IMG/VR virus record: IMGVR_UViG_3300045988_185035
Reading direction: 5' to 3' (one strand)
Source of the DNA: a virus
Length of the DNA stretch: 64,000 bases
Shown: piece after piece, positions 26,344-35,250 of the stretch
Numbering within the stretch: the stretch's first letter is position 1
How the letters are laid out: each line of letters opens with the position of its first letter
Notes under the pieces: model-generated
The model's database searches: none
What the model was told of the DNA's origin: nothing
Seen by the model: only the letters and a program-made list of their open reading frames with translations
Translations under genes and position numbers: made by a program

Positions 26344-27812
26344 AAAAGACGGTCGGTCAGTGCTTTAGCCTGCTCCGGCGTGATGAAAGGCAGTTCTACC
26401 TGCTTGATATAACGGTCCTGGCTCGTCATCAGCATTGTAAGAAACAGAACTTTTTGCTCAACGGACTTCCAAGTGGTTGGAACCTTCGCCATCTTGTCCT
26501 TGTGTAGGTACATGAAGAAGGCGATGGCGCTGTCGATGTCGTAAAAATCGAAGAAGTTTGCCTGCTGGTAGATGCCAATGCAGGGAGACAGGTCAATCAT
26601 CGCATCGGAGTGCTTGATTTCAATTTCCGTCTGGTCTTTCTGGAATACCTGCTTGGTTGTGATAAGGTTGTAGCACGCATCCACATCCTCATCAAACTTG
26701 AAATCGAACATTTCACTGATGTCGAATTTGTCCTTAAAGGTGGTGCGAGTCTTGACAGGGGTCATCAGTGTCTTGTCGCTCACGAGGCTACGCTTATCGG
26801 GTTTGACGAAGATGACCTCCTGCTTGCCACGGCTCGCAGCTACGCAAAAGAGGTTGCGCATGATTTCGTAGCGAGTCAGAGGCTGGCGCATACGGGTGGC
26901 CCAGTAATCCTCAGTGAAATCGAAAACTACACAGATAGGGCGCTCCATACCCTTGCTGCCATCGAACGTCGTGAAGATGCCCACGTTACCGTTCGGAGCT
27001 ACGCTCTTTTCACCATCGTTGTCCTTGATGCTGGCATAGACGTGCTTCTTATCATAGAGGTTGTCGGGACGTTCTTCCAAGGCATTCAAAACTGCGGCCA
27101 TCTGGCCGGTACGAGCGCCAAGGCATAGGACGTTCTTCGGGTCCAAATCGTTGAGGTACTCGATGACCTCATCCTTCGTCATGGACTTGACTTTGCAGTT
27201 CTCGTTGACTCCGTTGATTTCCTTATTCCAGATAGTGCCAAGGCGCTCGGCCAAGTCGTGGGACAAGCGGAAGCATTGGGTAAAGTTGACCTGCGTGTGT
27301 TTGCCGAGGAACTTGTTGATGAAGTTCCAGATGTCCAAGGATGTGGTGTCGTAGATTTTCTGCGCCATATCCCCCACCGCAATAATTTGCATGGTGGGGT
27401 TTTCTTCCTTGATATATTCAAGCATTCGAGAGATTTCTTCGTTAATATCTTGGTACTCATCGATGATGAGCACGTCATAGCGACCGACCGGAACATGCAA
27501 ATCGAGCGCCTTCTTAATTTGCTCGCCCTGTCCAATATTACGAACTCCGTGCCGATAGAGGAGTTTTGAAGCAAAGCCGTGGTAGTTCTGGACGACAACA
27601 TTGTCGTTTAGGATTTTTTCTTGCGCGTCGAGTTTTAGCAGACGGTTATAGGTCAGGTACAGAATCTGTTTGGAGGCGTCAAACTCGTTACACAACACGT
27701 TGATGGTCGATGTTTTACCGCTGCCGATGCAAGCGTCACAGAGTATATTTCTGCCTGCGAGAGCCAGGCGTACAAGGTCCTGTTGCTCAGTAGACAGGTT
27801 AGCGAGAGTCAT
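26301..27812 (-). CDS. SF1 DNA helicase, UvrD/PcrA-like, with C-terminal extension
   Basis: Walker A GSGKTS, motif II IIDEYQD, motif III VGDMAQKIY, motif V GIFTTFDGSKGMERP, motif VI RNLFCVAASRGKQE; GGAGGATTCAAACC-ATG. Confidence 0.85.
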   Translation of the reverse strand: MTLANLSTEQQDLVRLALAGRNILCDACIGSGKTSTINVLCNEFDASKQILYLTYNRLLKLDAQEKILNDNVVVQNYHGFASKLLYRHGVRNIGQGEQIKKALDLHVPVGRYDVLIIDEYQDINEEISRMLEYIKEENPTMQIIAVGDMAQKIYDTTSLDIWNFINKFLGKHTQVNFTQCFRLSHDLAERLGTIWNKEINGVNENCKVKSMTKDEVIEYLNDLDPKNVLCLGARTGQMAAVLNALEERPDNLYDKKHVYASIKDNDGEKSVAPNGNVGIFTTFDGSKGMERPICVVFDFTEDYWATRMRQPLTRYEIMRNLFCVAASRGKQEVIFVKPDKRSLVSDKTLMTPVKTRTTFKDKFDISEMFDFKFDEDVDACYNLITTKQVFQKDQTEIEIKHSDAMIDLSPCIGIYQQANFFDFYDIDSAIAFFMYLHKDKMAKVPTTWKSVEQKVLFLTMLMTSQDRYIKQVELPFITPEQAKALTDRLLCSRMTKRFRNVLS

Positions 27813-27846
27813 GGTTTGAATCCTCCAGAATACGTATTAACGCAAA

Positions 27847-27885
27847 AAGAATACCCCGGCAGGCACGCATGGTGTTCCGCCGGGG
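27847..27885 (-). terminator. leader hairpin plus U-tract upstream of the helicase gene
   Basis: Minus strand ACCCCGGCGG...GCCGGGGTATTCTTTTTGCG between the promoter motif and the ribosome-binding site. Confidence 0.45.
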
Positions 27886-27904
27886 TACAATTATTTATCT
27901 TACA

Positions 27905-27945
27905 ATATCAATTGTAGGCAATTCGCACAGATGGTCAAGCACTTT
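27905..27945 (-). promoter_or_regulatory. sigma70-like promoter TTGACC-N16-TACAAT with GTGCGAATTGCC spacer
   Basis: Minus strand GCTTGACCATCTGTGCGAATTGCCTACAAT. Confidence 0.5.
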
Positions 27946-28010
27946 TTATCGTATTTTGTTTTGAGTTTTGCGGGTACAAAAATAACGCCCACCCGTGATT
28001 TACGGATGGA

Positions 28011-28113
28011 CGTTCAATCTTACGCAGCCACATGTGCTGCTACGATGCTTTCGGACGACATGTAGCCGATACCGTCCTCGTTTCAATCTTACGCAGTCAC
28101 ACGGGCTGCTACG
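28011..28113. repeat. two about 34-bp direct repeats, each with an internal dyad GCAGCCACATGTGCTGC
   Basis: cgttcaatcttacgcagccacatgtgctgctacg and cgtttcaatcttacgcagtcacacgggctgctacgg; intergenic. Confidence 0.6.
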
Positions 28114-28218
28114 GCAAAATTACATAACAAAGAATTTTGCATATATTCAGCATTGTATATTCTGCCACTATTGGTTCTACGTTATTTTTGTTTGCTATCA
28201 CCGCATCTCTTTGCGGTT

Positions 28219-29226
28219 TTACATAATTCGATGCAGATAGGATTTGTTGATTTCTACGAGCAACTCCTCGATTTTCGCAAAATCGGGTTTTGCCGGGAGT
28301 TCCGTTTTCTTCACGTCACGCTGGAATTTCGTTTCGAGCTGGTCCACAAACTCGAAGAATTCGGGTGCATACGACCCATCCTCACGCATATACTTGCCGT
28401 TGCGGATAGCCAGCAGTTCTTCGTGCTCCTTGTCCCGGCTGGTGATGATGCGTCCTTGCTCCAGAATGTCAAATGCTGTGTAATACAGTCTCACAAGGTG
28501 CATGGCGTGCTTATTGATATGGGCAGCATCCTTTTGCGCTTTCGGATGCTGCGGCTGTTCATACTGGTCGATAGTCGTTGTCAGACCTCGAAGCAGGGAC
28601 TTGAGAGAGTTGACAGGATAGTTACTCAGATTTCCAGAAATCAAGAGAGGATGTTTGCCTTCAGAATCGACATCTTCACTGATGCTGATTTCAAAGACAT
28701 CATCTTTACCCTGACCTGCAATCAGTCGTTCGAGGCTTCTCTTTTCAAACTTGTTTTTGAGTGGCTCAGGAGAAGCGCCGTTCCGCAGTAGCCCCATCTG
28801 CAAGCGTCTGAGCTGGTCGTTCGCAAAGCCACCATAGCTGTATGCAATGCGCCGGGTCAGGAAAAGTTCCTTGTTATCCAGCAGCATCTGTCCTTCTGGA
28901 GTCATGTTCACATACAGCTTCGGGTCGTTGCCAAGAAGCTCAATGACATTAGGGTTACATTGGACAAGCAGGTTGACAAATTTATTGATGGCGTAGATGA
29001 CGGTATCCGTCTGATTATTGATGACTTGCTCGAAGCGATTAAACCCCAAGATTTCAGGCGAACCAGCCGCACCACGGATGTCAACATCTGAACCCTCAAC
29101 ATTCGTACCATAGGCGTGGCTGCCGCCGATAGTCAAAAACAGGATGTTATCTCCCAGATGCTTGTTGGTGCGTAAAAAATCATATTCTTCACGCTGGAGA
29201 ATCGCTTTCAATTCTGCGTTTGTCAT
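28219..29226 (-). CDS. Pol-beta superfamily nucleotidyltransferase (335 aa)
   Basis: LTIGGSHAYGTNVEGSDVDIRG is the GS...DxD nucleotidyltransferase motif. Confidence 0.65.
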   Translation of the reverse strand: MTNAELKAILQREEYDFLRTNKHLGDNILFLTIGGSHAYGTNVEGSDVDIRGAAGSPEILGFNRFEQVINNQTDTVIYAINKFVNLLVQCNPNVIELLGNDPKLYVNMTPEGQMLLDNKELFLTRRIAYSYGGFANDQLRRLQMGLLRNGASPEPLKNKFEKRSLERLIAGQGKDDVFEISISEDVDSEGKHPLLISGNLSNYPVNSLKSLLRGLTTTIDQYEQPQHPKAQKDAAHINKHAMHLVRLYYTAFDILEQGRIITSRDKEHEELLAIRNGKYMREDGSYAPEFFEFVDQLETKFQRDVKKTELPAKPDFAKIEELLVEINKSYLHRIM

Positions 29227-29246
29227 GTTACCACTTCCTTACTATT

Positions 29247-29666
29247 TCACGTCATTGCAATACATTTCTTTTCAACCCGGACCCACTTCTCCGTACCCCT
29301 GTCATACTCCAGCACGTCTTTGGCAACCACTGTGCTTCCCTCGATATATTCCAGAATTTGCCGCACACGCATGGGACGTTTCGCATCCTGTGCTATCCGT
29401 AGCGCTGCATCTCTGTACTCAACTGTGTATGCAGGCTCGTAGGTTACATACGGGCAGCCATCGGGTTGTGTCTGACGACTCAGCTCAAAGCGCGACCGGA
29501 CGTAGCCGTTGTGCAGGGCATTACGGATGGCGCAAGCACTTTTTCTTTCGCCACTCTGTTCAAAGGTTTGTGCAATTTCCTCCACACACCGACAAAAATG
29601 CGTGGCATCTTGGCTGTGTTTTGCGAAAATCAGTTTTCGAATCAGCAGTGCTTCATCTTGACTCAC
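29247..29666 (-). CDS. hypothetical protein (139 aa)
   Basis: Six-frame ORF. Confidence 0.5.
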   Translation of the reverse strand: MSQDEALLIRKLIFAKHSQDATHFCRCVEEIAQTFEQSGERKSACAIRNALHNGYVRSRFELSRQTQPDGCPYVTYEPAYTVEYRDAALRIAQDAKRPMRVRQILEYIEGSTVVAKDVLEYDRGTEKWVRVEKKCIAMT

Positions 29667-29678
29667 GGCTCTCTCCTT

Positions 29679-30014
29679 TCACTTCTTCGTCGAGACCAAG
29701 AAGACTCTTTTGGAGAAAGTTCCCTTCTCTGCTGCCTTCTGGCTTCTGACCTGTTCCACTTCCCTCTTAGAGACAGCGCAAGTCTTGCCCATAGCGTACA
29801 GAACCTCCATGACGTCTGATATTTCCTCTGCACAGTCCAGAACGCTCCGTTGCTTGGCGGTGTAGGCTTCCAGCAGTTCGGCAACCTCTTCTTTCAGTTT
29901 CTCAGCCAGAGCATCTTCGTACTCCTTATCAGACAGCTTACGGGTCACGCAGGTTTCTCCGTTTTTCTCAATAATAGCCGGGATATTATCCCGAACCAGC
30001 TTTTGAAACATCAT
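29679..30014 (-). CDS. MazG-like nucleoside triphosphate pyrophosphohydrolase
   Basis: KLVRDNIPAIIEKNGET ... EEVAELLEA ... EEISDVMEVLYA (MazG/PRA-PH-like); GGAGGAAAG-N-ATG internal start. Confidence 0.7.
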   Translation of the reverse strand: MMFQKLVRDNIPAIIEKNGETCVTRKLSDKEYEDALAEKLKEEVAELLEAYTAKQRSVLDCAEEISDVMEVLYAMGKTCAVSKREVEQVRSQKAAEKGTFSKRVFLVSTKK

Positions 30015-30018
30015 AGTT

Positions 30019-30441
30019 TTATCTTTCCTCCAGTTTACAGCGCCGCAGCGGTATGCGCAGCTCACGACAGGTGTATGCGGTTTCTCGTTCATCTTCGGCT
30101 CCTTCAAAGACTACACAGCCTTTCTGCTGCTGTTTGGAAAGGTATGTAGGTAAATCATCGTTTGTGACAGATACAAATAGGTATCCACGCTCACTGGCGT
30201 ACATCGCAGCCAAGGCCGCAATCTTCTGCCCTGATTCTGCTACAATGACAACCTTATCTCGCTTTGCCAGCATCTTGTCGAGATACTCAGCTACCTGTTT
30301 GCGGTGCTTCCCCATCGCTTGCTGCGTGGCAGTAACACCACAAAAGAACCAATCCTTTTCGCAGATTCTGGCATCGCATTCCTTGCACTGAAGGTAAACC
30401 ACATTGCCGTTTATGTATGGACAGTAAATGCTCATTCGCAA
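30019..30441 (-). CDS. hypothetical protein with N-terminal Cys4 zinc-finger and Rossmann-like segment
   Basis: CPYINGNVVYLQCKECDARICEKDWFFC; VVIVAESGQKIAALAAMYASERG. Confidence 0.45.
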   Translation of the reverse strand: MRMSIYCPYINGNVVYLQCKECDARICEKDWFFCGVTATQQAMGKHRKQVAEYLDKMLAKRDKVVIVAESGQKIAALAAMYASERGYLFVSVTNDDLPTYLSKQQQKGCVVFEGAEDERETAYTCRELRIPLRRCKLEER

Positions 30442-30660
30442 TTACACCTTTTTGAAATATTTCTCAACGTATTCATCCGGCAGCTCCATGCGCATCTTAT
30501 CCGGTCCTGTGAATTCCTTGAAGCTATATTGCCCACCGCACCAGAACAGATGCCAGATAGTCCCGCGTTTGACGCGGTACGGCTTCTTTTTGCCATCAGG
30601 CCCGTCATACCATAGTGTCAGCGGCTTGACGCATTTGTAATTTGTGTTATACATATCGCT
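30442..30660 (-). CDS. small hypothetical protein (about 72 aa)
   Basis: AAGGAGCGAT-ATG internal start; the longer ORF is Arg-rich and overlaps its neighbour. Confidence 0.4.
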   Translation of the reverse strand, partial: SDMYNTNYKCVKPLTLWYDGPDGKKKPYRVKRGTIWHLFWCGGQYSFKEFTGPDKMRMELPDEYVEKYFKKV

Positions 30661-30703
30661 CCTTGTTTTTGTTGGTGGATTCTCCAACCCGTATTTATTT
30701 GTC

Positions 30704-31183
30704 TTATCTCTTATTCGGCGACAAAACCCAAATCTCCACATTAGCGTTCCACGCCTCAGCAGCTTCGGCAATGAGAGAAAAGACAGTGTCCCAATCACCG
30801 CCCGCCAGGCCGCAGCCGATGCTGCTCGGAATACGGATAGTTGCTTCCGGGGCAATTTTCGAACAATCTCGCATAAACGTAAACAATGCCGTTGCAAAGG
30901 CAGCATAGTTCGTCTGACGTTCACCAAGTCCATAGTTATTTTGCCCAAACAGGTTCACGACATGAATGTTCGGCTCAACCCGGACTTTCTGGTAACTGCC
31001 AAGGAACTCCTTCCATGCCGGAATTTCCATATATTGCTGGTACACAACGGGCCACTTACGGCGAATTTTGAGAGCAAGCCCCGCGCCCATCACGCCTCGA
31101 CAATTCACCTGTTGACAGATGTAGACATCCTTGTTAGTGGGAAGATTCGTCAGGATGTCGCCGGAGATAATCTTGATGCTCAT
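30704..31183 (-). CDS. macro domain protein (ADP-ribose binding/hydrolase)
   Basis: IKIISGDIL...DVYICQQVNCRGVMGAGLALKI ... GCGLAGGDW matches the MacroD-like ADP-ribose-binding loops. Confidence 0.8.
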   Translation of the reverse strand: MSIKIISGDILTNLPTNKDVYICQQVNCRGVMGAGLALKIRRKWPVVYQQYMEIPAWKEFLGSYQKVRVEPNIHVVNLFGQNNYGLGERQTNYAAFATALFTFMRDCSKIAPEATIRIPSSIGCGLAGGDWDTVFSLIAEAAEAWNANVEIWVLSPNKR

Positions 31184-31187
31184 GTCC

Positions 31188-31787
31188 TCACTCCTTTATG
31201 ACGGTATAGTTGCCCGTGGCAAAGCCCAGCAGCTTGTTGTAAAGTTCCGCAGCAATTTCAATGAATGTCTCGCTGCAAGGGCTTATCCTGTGCAGAAAAC
31301 GCTTGTCTTGCTGCATCATAGATGCCATATTGAAGGCAATGGCAAGAACCTTTTTCTGCATGCGGCCGAAAGTCACGCCTCTCATTTCCACACTGTCAGG
31401 CGTTGCTGCCCACACGGATGCCTGTACTGTAATGGCCCACAGGTCCGCATCCCAGAAGCGAGCGTTTTCGTTGCCCATCAAGGGCCGCATAATGCGCCAG
31501 GCGTTCTCGTAGCTCTTGCCTTCGACATTTTCAATGGCAGGCCCGAAGAAGCCGTCCGTTTTGTTGCTGAGTTCAATGAGACGCTCAGCCATCTTGGTGG
31601 CAGCGTAGGCCAGAGACTTGGCATCGGTGTCGTTCATTTCGATAGTCAGCTCTTCCCCATCGGGCTTGATGTACTTATACTTGTTCTCACCGATGGCTGC
31701 ACTCTCCCACAGGATGCGGGGCAGTTCCTTCAGCATGGTCTTGCTTGCACCAGCCTTTGCTTTATCAATGTAACTGCTGTTTGCCAT
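31188..31787 (-). CDS. hypothetical protein, paralog of 38391-39053
   Basis: AKSLAYAATKMAERLIELSNKTDGF aligns with AKHLAESSVLLAERLMVLYNMTAGF. Confidence 0.6.
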   Translation of the reverse strand: MANSSYIDKAKAGASKTMLKELPRILWESAAIGENKYKYIKPDGEELTIEMNDTDAKSLAYAATKMAERLIELSNKTDGFFGPAIENVEGKSYENAWRIMRPLMGNENARFWDADLWAITVQASVWAATPDSVEMRGVTFGRMQKKVLAIAFNMASMMQQDKRFLHRISPCSETFIEIAAELYNKLLGFATGNYTVIKE

Positions 31788-31825
31788 GTTGTGTTCCTTT
31801 CAGTTCAAATGATAGATGCCTTAAC

Positions 31826-32251
31826 TCAATTCAGTTTGTTTCCCGGATAGAGTGCATAATCATTGCGGGATGTATGCTCCTCGCTATGTATCAGCATCAC
31901 GTTCGCCATGCTGGTGTAGTAGTCTTTGTCTCCGCTCATAGTGTCTTCGACCTCGAACTTGATGTTCAGACCGCCATCAACAATCTCGTACTTTACGAGT
32001 TTGGCTATGACCCACTGGTTATTATGTCGGTAGTAGATGTGGTCATAGTCAGGCTCTGCTGTCTCTGCTGTGCCGGGTTCGGCCGTCTCGCTCGTAGCAA
32101 ACAGCTGCGACGGAATGTCTTTCAGCTCTTCCAGCGTCTGGTCTGCCACTTCACCGCATCCCTCGAAGGCTACCGCAACGACCAGAATCACGCACACAAC
32201 CAATACTTTCTTTGCAAATCGCATAATCTGTTTCAAATGAATCACCACCAT
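31826..32251 (-). CDS. small lipoprotein
   Basis: Signal peptide plus lipobox AFEGC. Confidence 0.5.
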   Translation of the reverse strand: MVVIHLKQIMRFAKKVLVVCVILVVAVAFEGCGEVADQTLEELKDIPSQLFATSETAEPGTAETAEPDYDHIYYRHNNQWVIAKLVKYEIVDGGLNIKFEVEDTMSGDKDYYTSMANVMLIHSEEHTSRNDYALYPGNKLN

Positions 32252-32552
32252 TATTGTAGGTGCAATGTGCTTTTTTGCTTTCTCTATCTATAATTTTACC
32301 TGTAAAAACAGCAAAATACAACGATAGTAGCTTGTTTTTAATCTTCTGTACACATTTTGAAAGAGTGTCTTTGCCATCGAATAGAAAAGAAAAAGCCCGC
32401 CTGTTAGCAGCAGGCAGGCCGTTCTCGCAGTGAGCGTTTTAGGTCCGCTCAAGACCCTATTCGTCTCTACCGAAGCAACGCTGTCAACGCTGTTCAGTAT
32501 CTATTAGTATATGGTGGTCGCATATCGTGTCAACTGGATATCGCGGCAATGC

Positions 32553-32596
32553 AACAGAAAAAGGAGCCTCGCCCGTTTTTGCAGGTAAGACTCCTC
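32553..32596 (-). terminator. rho-independent terminator
   Basis: Hairpin GGAGCCTCGCCCG...CGGGCGAGGCTCC followed by TTTTT on the minus strand. Confidence 0.55.
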
Positions 32597-32607
32597 GTTC
32601 GTTTGGC

Positions 32608-32934
32608 TTAGCCTTCGATATCGAAAGTGTAGCCCTTCACGGTCATAGTGACCAGGCCGCCACGAGACTGACACTTTACGCCGTCCAGGCTGACATCGAG
32701 AGTCAGGCTGGAATCTTCGTTGTCCAGCCAGCTGGGCCGCATGTAGGCAGCGAGGTCGTGCAGCGCACCGATGACGTAAGCAACCAGGTCCTCATCATCC
32801 AGAGTCTGAGCAATCACATCGTTTTCCTTGTCGGCGGGAAAGCCGATGGAAGCGGTGATGCTGTCAAGGGTGTTGTCGTCCTTGGAGCGGAAAGCGGTGG
32901 CGCTGAACTCAATCAGGTTGGGGTTGATGTTCAT
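32608..32934 (-). CDS. hypothetical protein, tandem paralog A (108 aa)
   Basis: AAGGAGAATACCACT-ATG; shares ATAFR..DDN.L.S..ASI..P.......I..TLDDE.L....ALH/YNL......P.WLD.ED.SLTLD....G..AQSRGGLV with 33120-33440. Confidence 0.6.
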   Translation of the reverse strand: MNINPNLIEFSATAFRSKDDNTLDSITASIGFPADKENDVIAQTLDDEDLVAYVIGALHDLAAYMRPSWLDNEDSSLTLDVSLDGVKCQSRGGLVTMTVKGYTFDIEG

Positions 32935-33065
32935 AGTGGTATTCTCCTTTATATTTGTTATTAGTTCCCTGTGGTACTTATTATTGTATGCGACTCGCAT
33001 AAGGCGTCAACCGTCGCGCCTACGGCTTTTGCAGCTATGCTCTCTTATCCGTTTAGCAGCTACGC

Positions 33066-33106
33066 AACAAAAAAGGAGCCTCACCCGCTGCTGCAGGCAA
33101 GGCTCT
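33066..33106 (-). terminator. rho-independent terminator
   Basis: GGAGCCTCACCCGCTGCTGCAGGCAAGGCTC hairpin with a T-tract on the minus strand. Confidence 0.5.
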
Positions 33107-33119
33107 GAATTGTCTCAGC

Positions 33120-33440
33120 TTAATCTTCGAGGTTGAAGGTGAAGCCGTTTCCTTTCATAGCAACGAGACCGCCGCGTGACTGAGCCTCGCTGCCGTCGAT
33201 GAAAATATCCAGCGTCAGGCTGGTATCCTCGCCGTCCAGCCAGTTGGGGCGCAGGTCGCTGACAAGGTTGTACAGTGCTGCAACAGCATGAACAATAAGC
33301 TTCTCATCGTCCAGCGTGTTCCCAATCACTTCGTCGTCGTTCTCCACGGGTACGCTGATGGAAGCCGAGAGACTTTCGAGGTTGTTGTCGTCATCGTTGC
33401 GGAATGCGGTAGCTTCGAATTTCAGAGTGCAAGTGTTCAT
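33120..33440 (-). CDS. hypothetical protein, tandem paralog B (106 aa)
   Basis: AAAGGAGAACACCAAT-ATG; paralog of 32608-32934. Confidence 0.6.
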   Translation of the reverse strand: MNTCTLKFEATAFRNDDDNNLESLSASISVPVENDDEVIGNTLDDEKLIVHAVAALYNLVSDLRPNWLDGEDTSLTLDIFIDGSEAQSRGGLVAMKGNGFTFNLED

Positions 33441-33635
33441 ATTGGTGTTCTCCTTTGTGTGTTATTGAGATTCTTCTTGCACCTTTAATTGTACGCAAAT
33501 CGCACGATACAGCAATATAAAATTCCTTTAATAGAATCCGAAATATTTGAATTCAATTCGTGATTTCTTTGATTTTGTGATTTTCGCACGCGTAGGTGCC
33601 AAAAAGTTTATGTATAGCCTGGTTTATACTGACCT

Positions 33636-34532
33636 TTATGAATTTTGTTCATACACATTTATCAGCACTTGCTTGTTGGATGCAATAAGTGTCACCTTTT
33701 CACTGTAATTGATGCCTGGCGTCAAGAACATCCTTTTATTAAGAATTTCAGTGGTATATGTATAATCAAAGAGTCGATTTGTCAAATCTGCATTTTTATT
33801 TGAAGTGAAAATGACGCCTATATGCGTAGCCAGTGGAACCCAAATCTCTAAATTTTCGTTTTTGGACCGGAAACAAGCTACCGGAAAATTTGAAGTGATG
33901 AAGACTTTGCTTGTATAGCAAAAACGAAATTTAAAATTGCTTAATATGTTGCTAAAGTTTTCGGCTTGAAATCCCTCAAGTTTCCTTAATTCGTCCGTTG
34001 GTACGATTGTTCGATTTAGTGCTTGCTTTAGAAATGCGTTCATCATCAGACCCCACTCGTCTTTACCGAGAACAGGACCCTTCAGATTGTTAAACATGCG
34101 CTCATAGGTTGTTTTGTTCCTAAAATAAAGTTGAGCAATAAATTGAAACAGTATGCTCTTTTCTTCTTTATTTAGAATTAGGACTGTATTAAAATTTTCA
34201 TGGTGGCTTGCTATTTCTATAATTTTGTCAATCAATTTCTTTTGCTGAGATTCAAATTTTGAAAAGAGGTGCTCTTTCTCATTATGTAGAATATATTGGC
34301 CGCCATATTGGCTTTCATACAAATTATTAGCAGAGCACAAACTTGAGACTCCATTTTCTTTCGGGCGAGGGTTGATTCCTGTAGCCTCAAGAGAATAAAC
34401 CACGCCGGGTTTCCCCGGAATTGAAAAATAAGACAAGTAAAATTGTGGGACATAGTGTTCATTGACCGTTGCATTTTGCACATTTGATGACATCGTTATT
34501 GCTCCTTTCATAAAAAGAAAAAAGCCTCCCAC
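33636..34532 (-). CDS. DUF4238-like protein (HxVPxxYL motif)
   Basis: N-terminal NEHYVPQFYLSYF motif characteristic of DUF4238; lies in an AT-rich segment. Confidence 0.55.
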   Translation of the reverse strand: MGGFFLFMKGAITMSSNVQNATVNEHYVPQFYLSYFSIPGKPGVVYSLEATGINPRPKENGVSSLCSANNLYESQYGGQYILHNEKEHLFSKFESQQKKLIDKIIEIASHHENFNTVLILNKEEKSILFQFIAQLYFRNKTTYERMFNNLKGPVLGKDEWGLMMNAFLKQALNRTIVPTDELRKLEGFQAENFSNILSNFKFRFCYTSKVFITSNFPVACFRSKNENLEIWVPLATHIGVIFTSNKNADLTNRLFDYTYTTEILNKRMFLTPGINYSEKVTLIASNKQVLINVYEQNS

Positions 34533-34632
34533 CGTAGTCAGTGTGATACTGATTACGATAGGAGGCTGTGAACCTGTTGTGATGATTGTATTATAGCACG
34601 AATTGAGAATTGCGCAAGACTATATAAGGCGC

Positions 34633-35250
34633 TTATTTGGGTGTTATTGTTAACGGTGTCCCAATTTTGACAGCTAAGAACCAGTGACCACTCCTACATT
34701 CTACCTTATGATATATTACCCGCGCCTTGTTCGTTTTGTCTAATGCTATTTTTTCTCCTGTTAGAAGCTCTATACTATTATTTTCATAATCAACAATTCC
34801 AAGCAGAATTTGCTTTGTCTCACTTGGCGCGATAAATTCGATTGTAACAAATTTCTGTTCGTTGACAACAATTTCTATGTCAGTTGCAACATCATTTCCT
34901 TTGTTATATATATCAAGTTTGATTGCAAATTTTTGGGCGTGGTCGAGCAGCGCTTCTTCAAAGTCATTGGCGTTCATTCTCGCGATTACATTTGCACTTT
35001 TGCTTGCTTGTAAACAATATTGCTTTTCTTCTATATCAGCTGTTTTTTGTGTGAGGATTATAATGCTGACTAAATTAAGCGTTTCAACGACGCTTGCTAT
35101 AATTTCCCACGCATCATTGATTTTCAGACAATACAGAGCTACCCTGACTATTAGTATAATGATTGCGGAAATGCTCCAAACGTAAACAGGCTTTACTTTT
35201 CTTTTGAAGTGCTTATCATTTGATTCCATAGCATTTAATATTGTTTTCAA
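34633..35250 (-). CDS. membrane protein (two N-terminal TM helices plus soluble domain)
   Basis: Hydrophobic segments VYVWSISAIIILIVRVALY and IIASVVETLNLVSIIILT; AT-rich. Confidence 0.5.
   Translation of the reverse strand: MKTILNAMESNDKHFKRKVKPVYVWSISAIIILIVRVALYCLKINDAWEIIASVVETLNLVSIIILTQKTADIEEKQYCLQASKSANVIARMNANDFEEALLDHAQKFAIKLDIYNKGNDVATDIEIVVNEQKFVTIEFIAPSETKQILLGIVDYENNSIELLTGEKIALDKTNKARVIYHKVECRSGHWFLAVKIGTPLTITPK

Noticed and set aside
28011-28113. Possible CRISPR array
   Set aside because: Only two imperfect direct repeats separated by a 33-bp spacer, no further repeats and no cas genes. An operator- or terminator-like dyad is the more likely explanation.
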